DNA of 64,000 bases from Chiloscyllium plagiosum (taxonomy: Eukaryota), in NCBI RefSeq assembly GCF_004010195.1, contig NC_057719.1, positions 86,473,286 through 86,537,285 on the forward strand, given 5' to 3'. Position numbers and translations under genes: made by a program. The notes beneath the pieces are model-generated. The model searched no databases, was not told where the DNA came from, and saw only the letters and a list, made by a program, of their open reading frames with translations. Positions 13,447-26,277 of this stretch are shown piece by piece. Positions within the stretch are counted from its first letter, which is position 1; each line of letters begins with the position of its first letter.

Positions 13447-13564
13447 GAACATATTATCTATATCTGGGACGAAACTGGGCCAGTCTTCCACAACTGCCTG
13501 ATCCAACTATATCGTGAGAAGGTGCAAGCCCTGATGAAGGAATACCTCAATTCTCTGCCTGAGG
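13447..13564 (+). CDS. VPS39: VPS39 exon (EHIIYIWDETGPVFHNCLIQLYREKVQALMKEYLNSLPE)
   Basis: tcctag acceptor, gtaaga donor; 118 nt, phase 0 to 1. Confidence 0.96.
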
Positions 13565-14399
13565 GTAAGAGCTATGACTGTGAAGAATCTGCATTGTATG
13601 CAAGTGCATTTCCTTCTGAATACATATTTTCTGCTATTAGTTTGCTCCCCTCTCCTTGAAAGCATTTGCTTGGAGCACTTTGCTCACCTTGCTTGATAGT
13701 GCCATAGCATTGATCTCCCTTGCTGTCAAATTCCACCCTGTTAGAAAAAGTAGGATTATATAGTCCATACCTACATTTATACTGAATCCGGCTCAGAGGA
13801 ATAAAAGTAGCCAACCCACCCTCCAGTACCACAGCCCTGCGCAGCAGCAACAGAACTTAATATGCTTCTCTTTCTCATAAAAGTCGCTCCAAGTTACTTT
13901 TAGTTGCACTTGGTGTGCAACAAAATATCAGTACAATAAGATGGGAATTGAATCTTGTACCATTCAGCCAAAATTGAGTAGTTTTTTTTTCTCATGACAA
14001 CTACTTCTCTCTCTCTCCCACTCGTTTTCTTCAATTCCTCACTATATTTTTAATGGGGTGTACTCTCCATGTTCAATTTTGAACCCATTCTCAACAAATA
14101 GTATGGTTGAATAGAACAGTTGCGCAGCTTTAAGTCTTATGGAATAGGAAGATTAATGCCAGCATGAAGAAAAAAAAATGAAGGACAAGAAAAGTCATGG
14201 TATATGATTGTCTTTCGGATTGCAGTATGGCATTGAGTGGTGTGCCCAAAGCTTAGTGCTAGAATTAGTGCTTATATAGATGAACAAATAAAAAGAAGTT
14301 ATATAACATGAAGTCATTGGATCTTTGCTGCAATAAGACTAGTTTTCTCCAACGAAAACAAGGTAATTTTAACTTAACATGTATAGAAATAATTAGACT

Positions 14400-14555
14400 T
14401 AAAACCAAGAACTTTCGCATTTGCTGGAGATCTAAAACAAAACACAGAAATTGTTGTAAAAACACTGAGGGTCACAGGTCTCGAAATGTTAACTCTGTTT
14501 CTCCACACAGATGCTGCCAGACCTGACTAAGCTTCTGTAGCAATTTTGTTTTGTT
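14400..14555. mobile_element. Short fold-back Penelope terminal-repeat fragment
   Basis: ctgagggtcacaggtctcgaaatgttaac...gatgctgccagacctg with inverted acaaaac..aattg / caatt..gttttgt arms. Confidence 0.65.
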
Positions 14556-15945
14556 AGAAAAATACAGAAAGCTGGTGAGCTGTTAAGTGATTTGTTGATT
14601 TCCCAGGCCTACTTTGGAATATGAGAACTTCACTTTAAAGATCTGTGCAGTTGAACATTACAAGAGCTTCATGCTGGAGCACTATCAAGTTGTAAATGTT
14701 GGAGTTTACAACACACTGTTAAAACAGGATAAAGAAGCTCTTAGTAAGCACTTTATCTGTGGCATGCTGTTCCCAATGGTAGAACTGGATGTGGGTAGCA
14801 TTTCTGTTCTCACGTCAGGAGCTCACAATTAAGTGTGGATGTTATGGACTCTGGAAAAAGAAAGAGACCAAGAGGGGACACATTTTAGTGATGATAATGA
14901 AAATTAACTGAGTTATTTAAGCTAAGACAAGTAAATCGATTTTCTAAGTATTTGTGGAAGAACAAAAGTTGAGTCCCTTCTTTGAAAAAGCAGTACACAA
15001 TCTTTTACATTCATCTAAACAGGCATTTGAGTCTTACTTGAATGTCTCATTGACAGTGCACAGCTCCCTCAGTATAAAGCTGGAATGTCAACCTTGATGA
15101 AGTCACATTGAACTCTCAATGAAGTTGACTTTTCAATCCACTTTAGGAAATAATTAAAAATGGAGAGTACATTTTTGAATATGAAGTCTTCAGTCGAAAG
15201 ATCTGTAGTCTCTTCTTTGCAACATCTTCAGTGCCATCAGGATTTTTCCAGGTTCCGTTTTTCTATTTGGATCTCATTTCATTATTGCTGACTCTGTTTG
15301 TGCAGGATACCTACAGATTTTAGCTTGACGTTTGTATTCTGGCTCAAGTTTGTCGTCTTTTCATGGTCATCACAAATATGACTTCTCTTTTGCCTTCCTT
15401 AGCTTCTTCAACATCAAATACTAGGTACACCTATTCTCTTTTCTACGTGCAATATTTTGGTTTTGTAGTGCATCAGCACTTAATGGTTATTGTTCAGAGA
15501 TATACACTTTGACCAGACAAGTGCAAAGTATTGCATAAAGGAAGAAGAACATGAATGATCTATTACTCCATGAATGGTTTTGAAACCATTCAAGATGACG
15601 TTAAATGAAAGTTAGGAGTCTTGTGCACTTGATTTGAAATTCAGCAAATCCTAAGAAGTTCTGAGCTGTAAGGTGAAAACATTAGGATACCAGTTATTAT
15701 GTACTCAAAATGTGTACTAGTCTAATTAAACTGTATGTTGAATATAGTATGTAGATTGTATCCATTTTGTCCAACTCATTTTGTCATTTCTGAGCAGCCA
15801 GTTTATCCGAGATTTTCTACCTGTTTCACCTTCTTAAAACATAACCAAAACTTGAGAAGTCTCGAGTTCCTTTTTTTTAAAACTTTCTCGTGCTTTGCAT
15901 GTAGTTTAAAAATTGTATTGTAATCACCATGGTTTATTGTTCTAG

Positions 15946-16074
15946 ATGAGATTCCTGTTCCTGCTGGAAATGAGGATGGGGAGTTGGGAGAGTATAGAAA
16001 CAAGCTGTTGTGTTTCTTGGAAATTTCCACACATTATCAACCTAGCAAGCTCATCAGTGACTTTCCATTTGATG
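15946..16074 (+). CDS. VPS39: VPS39 exon (DEIPVPAGNEDGELGEYRNKLLCFLEISTHYQPSKLISDFPFD)
   Basis: ttctag acceptor, gtaagt donor; 129 nt, phase 1 to 1. Confidence 0.96.
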
Positions 16075-17618
16075 GTAAGTGGCCAAATATCCAGACAAAA
16101 TGATCATAAGTATAACTTATTTGAATATTTCATTGCTTTTGTGAAACATGTGTAATGTGTATTGAGATAGTTGTTATCACGACTATGTAGTTTTGTTAAA
16201 TTTATTTAATGGAGGTATGTTATAACATTAGCAGGTTAATTAAAAATAGTTGTACATGTTGCTGCCATACATTTTGACATTATTTTTGAGCAATGAGGAA
16301 AGATTGGATAGGAAGGATTTTTTTTAGAGCAGTGAAGGTTGAGAGGGGACCTGATAGATGTGTAAGAGTATAAGGAGCATAGATAAGGTATATGCTATAC
16401 ATTGTAAATCTGTCTGATTCAGGAGTCTTTTCTGACCTCTGATTTTTTTTTTGTCCCAAATTATTGTATTAACTCAAAGACGTTACAGCACAGAGGAGGC
16501 CATTCCATCCATTGTGTCTGCGCCAATCAACAAAGATCTAACCACACCTAGTCCCATTTTCCAGCTCTGATCCATAGCTCTGGAGGTTGACTTTTGTAAA
16601 AAGAAAAAGGGGAATCTTTATCATTTAGTACAGTCTGAATGAATGCCTACAATCCTAATGGAATGAGGGAATACATGAATATATCATTTGAGAGCTAAAT
16701 GGGTTTAAATTGGTTGTCTAAACAAAGGGAGCAGGTATTCAATGTGATGAGAGTTTAAAGGGGTGTGGTCAGCTGAAATAAAGCTGGATCGTAAAAGTGT
16801 GGACTTGAATTCTGTTTAAATGCAGTTATCATTTCATACATATCATAGATAAATTCTGTCCCTTAGTCCTCTTTGTAATATTTTCTCTACCACCAAGGTT
16901 AAAATGTCTGGCCTGTAATTTCTTCCTCCCATTTTTAATAATGGATAATGTTAGCAGTTCTCCAGTCCTGGCATTTTGCTTGTGGCCAGAGTGGATTTGA
17001 AAATTGCTGCTGGGACCCCTGATATATTCTCCCTCATCTCCTTCACCTACCTGGTATAATCTCATACAGGCCTGTGGATATATCAATTTTAAAGCTGTTA
17101 AACCCACAAATACTCTTCTTCTCCCCTCCCCCCATATTTGCTAAAAATGTCAGTCTTCCACAGTGATGTCTCTACCTGCATAATCATTTTTCATTGTGAA
17201 GAAGAATCAAAGTATTTATTGAGGATTATGACACATTCTGGGTTATCTCCAGTTACTACTTTGATCCATAAAAGGCCCTATACTTTCCTGAGTTAATCTC
17301 TTCCTTATTCTACATTTAAATAAGACATGTCTATTGCTCTACTGAAGTGTCATCTTTAATTCCTTCTAAAATTGTCCCACAGGTCTTGCCTCCTTCTCAA
17401 AGCTCTGTCATCCCTGTTCTGGTTCATTCTTTTCATGGGTCTTTGTTTTCTGAAATGTGAAGTTGGAACACGGTTATTGCTTTTTGACTTGTCTAGACTT
17501 TACGACCGTGGCAACTTCATACACTGCAGCTTGGTCTTTATTTTGAGTGGAGAAAGTCCTCAATGGGAAAAAGAAGGTGAGAGTGAACATGGTAATTATG
17601 TTTCTGGTTGTATTTCAG

Positions 17619-17721
17619 GGTTACTGGAGGAGCGAGCATTGCTGATGGGTCGGATGGGTCTACATGAACAAGCCCTTTTTATTTATGTTCACATACTGAA
17701 GAATATCAAAATGGCAGAAGA
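17619..17721 (+). CDS. VPS39: VPS39 exon (GLLEERALLMGRMGLHEQALFIYVHILKNIKMAEE)
   Basis: tttcag acceptor, gtaagt donor; 103 nt, phase 1 to 2; peptide visible in ORF 17372..17725. Confidence 0.96.
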
Positions 17722-18053
17722 GTAAGTAAATCACATTGCATATTAGGAGTTCTGTCATCTATAGCTAAATTTACTGGATTTTATATGTTCATTTCAAACT
17801 TAATTGGACTATTTTTAAGATGGAAATGGTGGACGTGCATTGCTAATGTCCTTCTGTTCAAATTCAGCACTGCACAATGAATACGGTTACTGTTCCTTTG
17901 CTATATAGTTCTCCACCAGCTGCCAGCAGGATGGGTTTGATGTACATCTTGCATACTCAATTTTTATTAGTACAAATTTGTACCTGTTTCTGCAAGTTAA
18001 TTTGCCTCCTGAGAATCAGACAATGTTGGGGAGGGAGTTTTCACTTAGTCACT

Positions 18054-18372
18054 TTAGATTAGATTACTTACAGCATGGAAACAGGTCCTTTGGCCCAACA
18101 AATCCACACCGACCCTCCGAAGAGCAACCCATCCAGACCCATTCCCCTACATTGACCCCTTCACCTAACACTACGGGCAATTTAGCGTTGCCAGTTCACC
18201 TAACCTGCACATTTTTGGACTGTAGGAGGAAACCGGAGTACCTGGAGGAAACCCACGCAAACAGGGGAAGAATGTGCAAACACCACACAGACAGTCGTCA
18301 GAGGCTGGAATCGAACCTGGGACCCTGGTGCTGTGAGGCTGTAGTGCTAACCACTGAGCCACCGTGCCATCC
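18054..18372 (-). mobile_element. HE1/V-SINE
   Basis: Reverse complement of the 21590 copy with (TCTAA)n tail. Confidence 0.92.
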
Positions 18373-19290
18373 ATAGTCATAGAGCTATTTAACATGGAAA
18401 CAGACTTTGGTCCAACACGTTCATGCTGATCAGATATCCAAAATTAATTTAGTCCCATTTGCCAGCATTTGGCCCATGTTCCTCTAAAAGATTCCTATTC
18501 ATGTGTCCATCGAAATGCCTTTTCAATGTTGTAATTGTACCAGCCTCCACCACTTCCTCTGGCAGCCCATTCCATACACTCATCACCCTCTGCGCAAAAA
18601 GGTTGCCCTTCAGGTCCCTTTTAAATCATTCCCATCTTATTCTAAACCTGTGCCCTCTAGTTCTGGACTTCCCCACCCCGGCAAAAGATCTTGGCTATTC
18701 ACCTTATCCTTGCCCCTCGATAAGGTCACCCCTCAGCCTCCAACACTCCAAGGAAAAATAGCCCCAGCCTATTCAGCCTCTCCCTATAGTTTAAGCCCTG
18801 CAACCCTGGCAACATCCTTGTAAATCTTTTCTGAACCCTTTCAAGTTTCACAACATCATTCCTATAGCAGGGAGACCAGAATTGCACACAGTATTCCAAA
18901 AGTGGCCTTACCAATATCCAGTACAACCGCAACATGACCTCCCAACTCCGATTCCCAATGCACTGACCAATAAAGACAAACATACAAAGTGACTCCTTCA
19001 AATGAGAGGCATAGATAGAGTGAATAGTCAAGACATTTTCCCAGGACGGAATGGCTATCATGAGGGGGCATACTTTTAAGGTGATTGGAGGAAGATTTAG
19101 GGGAGATGTCAGAGGTAAGTTCTTTACACAGAGTAGTGGGTGTGTGGAATGCACTGCCAGCGGTGGTAGCAGAGTCGGATATGTTGGTGACTCTCGGATA
19201 GGCATATGGAAGGTAGTACCTGAAGGGTATGTAGATTTGTTTGATCTGACAGTAGGTTAAAGGGTCAGCACAACATTCTGTTCTATGTTC
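18373..19290. mobile_element. CR1 3' fragments (minus 18373-19000; plus about 19003-19290)
   Basis: LVRPLLEYCVQFWSP on minus; RGHTFKVIGGRFRGDVRGKFFTQ on plus. Confidence 0.88.
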
Positions 19291-19518
19291 TTACAGACAT
19301 GAATGAGTTATTTTAGTTTTCTGTCGCCTATTTCCAATTCTTTGCGAGCAAAGCGTGATTGTGAATACACCAAATTTCATGGTCTGTTAAAGATGCACCC
19401 TTTTGGGTGCCTCTGAAGGTGGATTATCTCATTTATCCTTTCAATAAGGAAAGTTGCAGAGAGAGCAGTTCAATACAAAACGGTAAGCGAAAACAGCTGC
19501 AGGAAATGTTCTCCACAT

Positions 19519-19770
19519 ACCAAAAGAGAAAATGCTGGAAAATCCCAGCAGGTCTGGCAGCATCTGTAAGGAGAGAAAAGAGCTGACGTTTCAAGTCTAA
19601 CTGACCCTTTGTCAAAGCTGTTGGAGAAAAGAGCAGTACTATTTCAGGGTAGGCATTCCTGGAAGAGAGGTGGCAGTGGGTTAAACACTGGATAAAAGCA
19701 AAATACTGCGGATGCTGGAATCTGAAACCAAATGATTCAATCTTCCGCAGTAATTTGCTTTTATCCAGTG
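19519..19770 (-). mobile_element. Short Penelope-derived element, apparently permuted, with terminal hairpin
   Basis: accaaa at 19519 and 19727; TSD-like tgttct(c/g)cacat at 19507 and 19769; shares the gctggaaaa/gcaggtc-ggcagcatc motifs of other Penelope ends. Confidence 0.7.
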
Positions 19771-19962
19771 TTCTGCACATGGCAGGGAAGGAGGGAGAGA
19801 AAGATTAGGTGCTTTCTCTTTCACAGGCTGAATGTTTTCCTCTGTGTAAACACTTGGGTATAGCCGCTTGCCCAGGAACCATCACATGACTGTTAATATG
19901 CTGAGCCCTCGGGCCCACACCACAGCTGCAGATGCAATAGACTGTTGGGCCAATAGGACTCT

Positions 19963-19970
<8 letters not shown>

Positions 19971-19997
<27 letters not shown>
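19971..19997. repeat. (CA)n microsatellite
   Basis: Directly visible. Confidence 0.95.
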
Positions 19998-20177
19998 TCA
20001 TTCTATTGAGCATTCTGCCCCACTGCAGAATAGGCAACATTATAGATACAACTCATTTTTAAAACTGCAATATCTTCAACCGTTTTCCTTGCTTTAAACC
20101 AGTACCCTATTCCTAATTTTTTAGTCCAGTTCAAAACAAAAGTGATCTTTTACAGTATTTTATGCTTAAGATAAGAT

Positions 20178-20504
20178 TTAGATTAGATTAGATTAGATTA
20201 CTTACAGTGTGGAAATAGGCCCTTCGGCCCAACAAGTCCACACCGACCCACCAAACTGCAACCCACCCAGACCCATTCCCCTACATTTACCCCTTCACCT
20301 AACACTACAGGCAATTTAGCATGGCCAATTCACCTAACCTGCACATTTTTGGACTGTGGGAGGAAACCAGAGCACCCGGAAGAAACCCATGCAGACACGG
20401 GGAGAATGTGCAAACTCCACATAGTCAGTCGCCTGAGGCGGGAATTAAACCCAGGTCTCTGACGCTGAGGCAGCAGTGCTAACCACTGTGCCACCGTGCC
20501 GCCC
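20178..20504 (-). mobile_element. HE1/V-SINE, young copy
   Basis: (TTAGA)n tail on plus strand; near-reverse-complement of 21590-21915. Confidence 0.93.
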
Positions 20505-21247
20505 ACAAATGCCTGAGAAAGTACACCTACAAGCACAGACTTTCCCTTTCACCATAATTCTCTTTAGAGAATATAGCTGTTGGTGGGGTACAATTCAGGA
20601 GGTGCTAGGATTCCTCGAGGATTTGCCTCTAGGAATATGCTTTATTTGCATTTCAGGATATCAGAAGCTTCTTCTGCTGTGACCAGGAAACTGCAAACGA
20701 AATGTGTTCGAAATTGTCCTCAAAGGATGGTAAATTGCGACCTTCTCTACTTTAGAGGGCTACAGAATCATGGAACAAGGTTGTAGAGACTCAGTTGTTC
20801 GCAATACCAAAGACAAAGATTGCTAGATCCCTCAATATTATTAATAGAGGGATATGTGGACAGTGCAGGAAAATGAATGAGGTAGAAGATTAATCACAAT
20901 CTAGTTGAATGGCAGAGCAGGCTTCAGTTTCAATGACTCACTCCTGCTCCTATATTATTGTGTCCTCTATTTATAAATTTAATTTCAACTATCTTACCAA
21001 CTTACTCTAAGTCTGACTTCCAATACACAGCCTCAGTGAGTTGTGACAGTACTCACAATGAAAATGTTAGAAATTTGCCTATTGGATTGATTTCTCACTA
21101 ATCTTGCCAAGTTCCATTTAGCTTTTTCTAGTTCAGAACATTGTTTTTAAGTGGAGTTCACTTGCTTTTACCCTTATTAGTGCAGTTCAAATGGACGTGA
21201 TTTGCATAGGTTGATTTTCATGAGTACGTTTTCCTTTCCAATTTCAG

Positions 21248-21293
21248 ATACTGTCACAAACATTATGACTGGAACAAGGATGGTGACAAAGAT
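21248..21293 (+). CDS. VPS39: VPS39 short exon (YCHKHYDWNKDGDKD)
   Basis: atttcag acceptor, gtgagt donor; 46 nt, phase 2 to 0. Confidence 0.95.
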
Positions 21294-21589
21294 GTGAGTA
21301 TACACAGTGCTAATCCATCCTGTGTAGTAGAATTACAGTTTTAAACTGTAGGGGGTCAAGTCTTGTAGCCCTGACTTAAGGGAGGGAGGAGGGGAGGTAA
21401 ATCCAATCTGTAGCTGGAAACAAACAGTTTAACTATCATCTGTTGTACTTTGAGTTAAATGGATACCAAGGTGGGGGAGCTCCCCAGAGGACTTGGGCAA
21501 TTTGTTAAATAATGATCAGGGCAGTTGTATTCAGCACTTCAAGAGTATATGGTGCTGTTTATTGATGTTTACTTACTAGCTTGCCTCAT

Positions 21590-21915
21590 GGGCGGCACGG
21601 TAGCACAGTGGTTAGCACTGCTGCTTCACAGCGCCAGAGACCCGGGTTCAATTCGCGCCTCAGGCGACTCTCTGTGTGGAGTTTGCACATTCTCCCCGTG
21701 TCTGCGTGGGTTTCCTCCGGGTGCTCTGGTTTCCTCCCACAATCCAAAAATGTGCAGGGGTTAGGTGAATTGGCCATGCTAAATTGCCCGTAGTGTTAGG
21801 TGAAGGGGTAAATGTAGGAGAATGGGTCTGGGTGGGTTACGCTTCGGCGGGTCGGTGTGGACTTGTTGGGCAGAAGGGCCTGTTTCCACACTGTAAGTAA
21901 TCTAATCTAATCTAA
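21590..21915 (+). mobile_element. HE1/V-SINE, young copy
   Basis: A and B boxes, V-like domain, (TCTAA)n tail. Confidence 0.93.
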
Positions 21916-22049
21916 TATAGCTAGTTAAGTTAGTCAAAAACATATTAAAATTGTTAATGAGACTTTGTCAGAATTTTTTTTTCTCTAGCTCATAATCACA
22001 GTACTTTGAAAGATAAATGGTTACATAAACAATTTAATTATTTCATTAG

Positions 22050-22199
22050 GTGTATCTTTCTCTACTACGTATGTATTTGTCACCTCCTGATATTCATTGT
22101 GTTGGACCAATCCGGATGGAGATACTAGAGCCACAGGCAAATCTTCAGGCTGCACTGCAAGTACTAGAACTGCACCACAGCAAACTTGACACCACAAAG
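22050..22199 (+). CDS. VPS39: VPS39 exon (VYLSLLRMYLSPPDIHCVGPIRMEILEPQANLQAALQVLELHHSKLDTTK)
   Basis: cattag acceptor, gtactg donor; 150 nt, phase 0 to 0. Confidence 0.96.
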
Positions 22200-22439
22200 G
22201 TACTGTCAGTGTTGTACCTGGACAAGCAGATGTAAAATTCAGTGCCAGTTTTTTAGTACTTGTCAACAAGACTGAAACTCCATAAAGAATTATTGCACTA
22301 AAGTGCTAGAGATCCTCGGTTAACATTGAATTTGAAATATGAGGCAGGTGACTTTTTTTTGCCTGTTCTACTCTCCAATAAGGAAGCAAACTTCCAATTA
22401 TATGATCTCACATGTCATGTGCAAACCTGTTAGCTTGTT

Positions 22440-23730
22440 TGGCTCGAGTCCTCCATAGTGCCCTCCTTTAGCACTACTGTGATGTCTTCTCTGACCAGTA
22501 ATGCAACTCCTCCATCCCTTTTACCTCCTTTCTATCCCACCTGAAGATTCGATATCCTGGGGCATTTAGTTGCCAATCATGCCCTCCCCTCAACCAAGTC
22601 TCAGTAATAGCAATAACATCATATTCCCAGGTACTAATCCAAGTCCTAATTCATCTGCTTTACCTACTATACTTGCATTAAAACAAATGCACCTCAGACC
22701 ACCAGTCCCTCTGTGTTCATCCTGCTTCCTGCCTGCTCTTCCCCTTAGTCGCGCTGATTTCATTATCTAGTTCCTTACAGGCTGTAATTACTACCTACTT
22801 CCTATCCACCAACCTCATTTGATTCCCATCCCCTGCCACGTCAGTTTAAACCCTCCCGAACAGCATTAGCAAAAGCACCCCCAAGGACATTGGTTCCAGT
22901 CCCATCTCCCCCAGAACCAGTCCCAATGTCCCAAAAATCTGAACCCTTCCCTCCTGCATAATGTCTCAAGCCACGCATTTATCCCAAATATTCTATCATC
23001 CTACTCTGACTCGCACGTGGCACTGGTAGCAATCCTGAGATTACTAGCTTGGAGGTCCAACTTTGGCTTGGTTTCTAACTCCCTAAATTCTTCGTATAGG
23101 ACCTCATCCCATTTTTTTTTTAACCTATATCATTGGTGCCTACATGCATCACGACAACTGGCTGTTCGCCCTCCCCCTTGATAATTTTCTGCAGTCGATC
23201 CGAGACATCCCTGACCTGTGCACCTGGGAAGCAACATACCATTCGGGAGTCTCATTTTTGACCACAGGGAAAATCCTATCTGCTCCGCTTATAATTGAAT
23301 CCGCAAGACTATATAGCCCTTCTGTACAGCAGAGCCAGCCACAGTGCCATGAATTTGGCTATTGCTGCCTCCCCTGGTGAGTCATCTCCCCCAACAGTAT
23401 CCAAAACAGTATACCTGTTTTGGAGGGAGATGACCGCAGGGGACACCTGCACTACCTTCCTTCTCTTTCTCTGCCTTTTGGTCACTCATTCCCTTTCTCC
23501 CTCAGCAATCCTAATCTGAGGTGTGACCAATTCGCTAAATGTGCTATCCATGACCCACTCAACATCGCATCTGCTTAAAGTGAATCCATCACAGCACCAG
23601 AGCCATCATGCGGTCTAACAAGAGCTGCAACTGGACACACTTCTTGCACATAAAGGAGCCAAGAACACCAGCTGTGTCCCTGAGCTCTCACATTGAGCAA
23701 AAGGAGCATAACACAGGTTATGGATTGATA
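22440..23730 (-). mobile_element. CR1 LINE ORF1 to endonuclease region, decayed
   Basis: Minus strand resembles CR1 ORF1 and the start of ORF2 endonuclease (actgagacttgg..aactaaat..ccaggatatcg); similar to 56400-57320 and 40471-40908. Confidence 0.75.
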
Positions 23731-23939
23731 GCGCACATTGAATAAATAAATACAATCTGGTAGGCAAAACAGAACTATGGCTGTAGAATGACAAAAATTG
23801 GGTCCTGAATGTTGAGAGGTATATAATATGAAAGAAAAATAGGAAGTCAAGTAAAGCTAGAAGGGTAGAACAGTTAAATCAAATATGGCATTAGAGATTA
23901 CCTTGGTTCAGTAGATTAGGATTCAGAATCCGTTTGGGT

Positions 23940-24008
23940 CGTCGAATCTCCTGTTCCCTGGATGCTGCCTGACCTGCTGTGCTGTTCCAGCAATAAAGTT
24001 TCAAGTAG
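23940..24008 (+). mobile_element. 69-bp Penelope terminal fragment between 49-bp direct repeats
   Basis: Identical repeats 23891-23939 and 24009-24057; insert has gatgctgcctgacctgctgtgc. Confidence 0.85.
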
Positions 24009-24070
24009 TTAGAGATTACCTTGGTTCAGTAGATTAGGATTCAGAATCCGTTTGGGTGGAGATGAGGAAT

Positions 24071-24265
24071 ATTAGATTAGATTTGATTCCCTACAGAAGA
24101 ATCGACTGCAGAAAATCCTCAAAGGGGAGGGCAACCCTCCAAAGAGTAACCCAACCAGACCCATTCCCCTACCCTATTTTTACCCCTGACTAATGAACCG
24201 AACACGATGAGCATGGCCAATTCACCTGTCCTTCACATCTTTGGATTGTGGGAGGAAACCCATGC
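24071..24265 (-). mobile_element. Truncated HE1/V-SINE
   Basis: 3' half of the SINE in reverse orientation. Confidence 0.75.
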
Positions 24266-24954
24266 TCCATATTGGAGGGAAGAAATAATTAGTGGAAGTG
24301 ATCTGTGCCCTTGCACCCCCACCCCAGCAACAATAACCACAATATGAAATAAAGTAAACGTATTGGGTGCTTGTGATAAAGCAATGGCAATAATCATGGC
24401 TGACTTTAATCGACTTATAAACTGAAAACTGGCAATGGTAGTCTGGATGAGGCCAAAGAATAGTTTTATCATAGAATAATAGAATCCCTCCCAACATGCA
24501 AATTTTGATATGCTTTCTTCAAACCGCACATTTTTAAACTGACCAGAAAGCAGGTGATTTTGTAGGATCTTTTATGATCCTACAAAGATCATAAAAGATA
24601 CCCTGCATGTATAAAAGAAGGTGCCAACAATACATAATTATCATAAGATCACAAATGAGCCATCAAGGCATTGCCTGCTCAAGGAAATTTCAGCCAACTG
24701 GCCATGGTTCATGTGAGGCTGACCACTGGGAGTTAGCAACCAGTTCAATGTTTGAGCACCTCCGAGCTGAACCCTATCCTTTTTTGAGTAAGCACATTCC
24801 AGCTGAGGTCAATATTTACAAAGCATCAAAGTAAGCATTGAAATTGTTGTAAAACATAGTGTTAAGTATATACAGTGAACAGTATTTCACTGTGTTAATA
24901 GGCAGGGGTGTTTTTCCTATTTCTGTAAAATTTCTATTAAAAATGTTTCTGCAG

Positions 24955-25089
24955 ACTTTGAATCTGCTACCTGCCAACACGCAAATCCGGGAGATCAGAG
25001 TATTTCTGGAGAATGTCCTTGAAGGAAATGCTCAGAAACGGCGCTGCAATCAAGTTATGAAAGGGCTCCTTCATGCAGAGTTCCTTCGT
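24955..25089 (+). CDS. VPS39: VPS39 exon (TLNLLPANTQIREIRVFLENVLEGNAQKRRCNQVMKGLLHAEFLR)
   Basis: ctgcag acceptor, gtaagt donor; 135 nt, phase 0 to 0. Confidence 0.96.
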
Positions 25090-26277
25090 GTAAGTCACTT
25101 ATTTGCACTTGAACCCAGCGATTAAAAATTGGTTTCAGGTAACTATTCCTCATCCAAGCATATGGTCTCTGCAAGCAAAAGTACTTTACATTCTCTCTCT
25201 CAATTGCAATGACAAGAAAGCAAGTTCTATCACTGCTAGTTGCATCAATTTCCAATGGGCTCAGCTCAATTTTATACTTTTGCCCTTTAAAGAGCCCCCG
25301 CAAGTAAAATCACTTCCCATTCAGTCCAACTCCAATAGACTCTGAGCATTTTCGATACACTTTTAGAAGCAATTAGTACTTACCTTTTCATAACCTATTA
25401 CAAATTCTTTAACAGGAATTGATTCTTACGGTGGATTAATTACTGAGATTGTTTACCTCTGAGACTCTAATCGAAATTCAGAACCGACATTGGGAAGACC
25501 ATAATCTCTACATCCAAAAGTTTTAAGAGGTATTATTTTGGGCATAAATCCAAATGGCACAAGTGCCCCTAATTTAGTAACCTCATCCAGAGATATCAAG
25601 AGATGCTTGTCTGGGAACTGGGGTGAAAAATGAATTGATATGTTCTTTTGCTTGAGACCATTTCGGGTTGAGTTCTGACGAATAAATATTTATGCTTCCT
25701 ATCTCTGGCCATAAATTTCTCAGTCCCGATCTGATTACTCAAGGTGAAACCAGTATACAGTAACATCTCTGATACTGATTAATGTAGAATTTCAAGAAAA
25801 GTAATTGGATAGGGTAAGGAAGCAGGGTAATGTGTACTATATTAGCCCTAGATAAAGCAAAAAGTGAGAAATTGAAATTAATTATTTGACAAGAAGTTTT
25901 ATAAGGACAATGGGATTTTTCTGCCATTTTGCATGTTTTGTTTGGCATGGCTGCAATGACGGCAATTTCACCTTCGGTTAAGAATCTCATCAACAAATGT
26001 GGACGTAATTAGTCTAGGGATACACTTTGATGTAACAGAGTGCTGTATTGTGGTGATACTGTATTTTAGATGAAATGTTAAAGTAAATGGTTCCCTCCAA
26101 TGTGTGTGATACGATTTGAAGAAGAAAAGGAAGTTCATTGGACACACTGGGTGCTATGCAGAAAATAGCAAATTGTATTTGGCTATTCTATCAGCGACTG
26201 TATTCCAAAAATACTTGATTGGCTGAGTTAACTACTTTGGCATATAAAATGCACATTCTCTTTTTTTTATCTAATAG

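Noticed and set aside
17978..18395. Recurrent ORFs such as GTVAQWLALLPHS.. and ..RKPEHPEETHAD.. (also near 20330, 21525, 34284, 43783, 53975)
   Set aside because: Translations of HE1 SINE copies, not a protein family
21590..21665. tRNA-like cloverleaf with A and B boxes
   Set aside because: Head of an HE1 SINE, continuous with SINE body and tail
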